A stretch of DNA of 64,000 nt from Anaeramoeba ignava BMAN (lineage: Eukaryota > Protista > Anaeramoebae): contig JAPDFW010000018.1 of NCBI GenBank assembly GCA_028826165.1, forward strand, positions 14,682 to 78,681. The letters run 5' to 3'. Position numbers and translations under genes: made by a program. Positions 53,176-64,000 of this stretch are shown here, in pieces; the first letter of the stretch is position 1, and each line of letters opens with the position of its first letter. The notes beneath the pieces were generated by a model. That model saw nothing but the letters and a program-made list of their open reading frames with translations, had not been told where the DNA came from and searched no databases.

Positions 53176-53530
53176 TTTTTAAAAAAGATAAAAAATGAAA
53201 AAGATAAAAATGAATTTAAAAAATAAAAAGGAAAAAAAAATGAATAAAAAAAGGAAAAAAAAATTAATTAAAAAAAAAAGGGAAAAGTGGATAATTTTAA
53301 AATAAATTTTTTTTTTCTTTCTTTTTTTTTTTTATTTTTGAAATTAAAAAATTGAATTAAAAAAGAATTAAAAAAAGAATTAAAAAAGAATTTGAATTAA
53401 AAAAAGAATTTGAATTTGAATTTGAATTTGAATTTGAATTTGAATTAAAAATTGAATTTGAATTTGAATTTGGATTAGAAAATGTTTTGGAAAATGTTTT
53501 GGAAAATGTTTTTCTTCTCAATTTTTCAAT

Positions 53531-55081
53531 TTATCCTTGATTTCGAAGAACCATATCCATTTTTGTTCCATGTGAAATATTATAATCTTTTAATTTCTTT
53601 TCTGGTTGAAGTTGTTTCCCCTTATATATTAATCTTATTTCCGTAACAGGAGTTCCTTCAGATTCATGGACTTTCTCAACTAAACTTTCAACAGAATCAT
53701 CTTGATTTACGTCTATAGCTATTGTTTTTCCTTTCATATTTCTGACAAAAACTATTCAATTTTGATTTTAATTTTGAATTTAAATTAGATTTTGATTTTA
53801 ATTTTGATTTTCATTTTTTAATTTTAAATTTTAATTTTGATTTTGATTTTGATTTTGATTTTAATTTTGATTTTGATTTTGATTTTGATTTTTTAATTTT
53901 TTGATTTTAAATTTTAATTTTAATTTTGATTTTTTTGAATTTGATTTTGATTTTGATTTTTTTAATTTTAATTTTGATTTTAATTTAAATTTCATTTTAA
54001 TTTTATCAAAAAGAAAGGAAATTTAGATTTTGAATATTTTGATTTTGTTTTTATTTTGAGAAATAACTATTCTTGGTAATTTTCTTTTCATTTGATCCAA
54101 ACATTGAATAAATTCATCCAATGAACATCTCTCTTTTGGATCTTGACTCCATCCTTTTTTAATAACTTCAATTAATTCTTTAGGAAAATCATTTGGAAAT
54201 TCTGGTCTTGTTCCTTGCATAATTTTCATACTAACCATCATTGCATTTTCATTTTGAAAGGGTTGTTTCTTTGAGAACATTTGAAATAAAATCATTGATA
54301 AACTGAAAATATCACAAGAAGAATCATAATTATTTCCTTGTTGAAAAAGTTCTGGAGCTGAATATAAAAGTGAAAGAGTAACTGATGTAACTTTCATTGT
54401 ATGTTCATGAATTTTAGAAAGTCCAAAATCAGAAATTTTTGGTTGATCATTTGAAATGAGAATATTTTGAGGTTTTAAATCACGATGAATAATTGAATTT
54501 AAATGTAAATATTTTATTCCATCAATAATTTTTAAAGAATAATTAATTTGTTCTTGAAATGTTAAATTTGGAATTTTTTGTTCTAAATTTCCTTGTTCAG
54601 CAAATTCCATTAAGATTCCAAATTCAAAATTTGATTCAAACATTCCATAAATTCTGATTATATTTGGATGAATTAATTTAATAGCAACTTGAAGTTCATT
54701 TTCAAATTGATTTTTTAATTTTTGATCAGTTTGAATTCTTATTTTCTTTAAAACAACTTGATTTGTTCCCCATTTTGCCTTATAAATATCAGCTGAACTA
54801 CCATAAGCAAAAGGTTTTGGTTCAATTTTTAATTCAGATAAAGGAATAATTGGAACATTTGCTACTTTTTTTTGTTCTTTCATTTGTTCAATAATCTCTA
54901 ATAAAATACGATTTTGAATTGGTTTAAATTTTGTTAATGAAGATCTGCAAAATGGACATTCTTTCATATTCTTTAAACATAGTTCACAAATTGTATGACC
55001 TGCTGCACAAGCAATCATTGGTTTTCTTTCTTGTGAATATTCTTCAAAACAAATTGGGCAAGTAAATGATTTATTTTCCAT
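53531..55081 (-). CDS. RING + kinase + ubiquitin-like domain, paralog 2 (UBL exon 53751-53531; exact donor uncertain)
   Basis: Same RING and kinase motifs; tag|ttttt gtc acceptor gives xFVRNMKGKTIAIDV..IRLIYKGKQL..MVLRNQG; the join at the 54067 GT needs a 1-nt correction. Confidence 0.8.
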
Positions 55082-55236
55082 TTTTTTTTAAAAAAAACAA
55101 CAAAGAAAAAAATGAAAAATAAATTTGAAAAAAGGAAAAATAATCAAAAAAGTGGATATTTTTAAAATGAATTTTTTTCTTGAATTAAAAAAAAAGGAAA
55201 TTTGGAAAAAAGAAAAAAAAAAAGGAAATTTGGAAA

Positions 55237-64000
<8,764 letters not shown>

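Noticed and set aside
51751-53737. Free-standing ubiquitin/NEDD8 genes
   Set aside because: They lack an initiator before the first beta-strand and are preceded by 3' splice sites; better explained as terminal exons of the kinase genes

Overview
Very AT-rich eukaryotic (protist) genomic DNA with GT-AG introns that are often filled with microsatellites. The gene families present (RCC1-BTB, BTB-TLDc, N/Q/E low-complexity linkers) suggest an Anaeramoeba-like lineage; this is inference, not established. In order, the window holds: the 3' part of CAND1, a broken BTB-BACK-TLDc gene, CCDC96/CFAP184-like, a histone H3 variant with a repetitive tail, an 11-mer satellite carrying a TIR/TSD-bounded DDE_Tnp_4 element, a divergent PMT, an ArfGAP, Tma17-like, RMND5/GID2, Nup58-like, an 8-copy array of G-U-tolerant hairpins, three NRF-6-like acyltransferases, an RCC1-F-box-Arf fusion, two FG-GAP/FN3 receptors, two RCC1-BTB genes and two RING-kinase-ubiquitin-like genes. 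The main discovery is at 55237-64000 (minus strand) and is invisible in the ORF track: a kinase-ARM-ankyrin gene in which each ankyrin core is one 90-96 nt exon, while the loop between repeats is written one codon at a time by about 39 phase-0 microexons of 3 nt (two are 6 nt) of the form AG|NNN|GT. Several single-base frameshifts in homopolymers probably reflect assembly errors. All gene models were built by eye, without transcript data or database searches.
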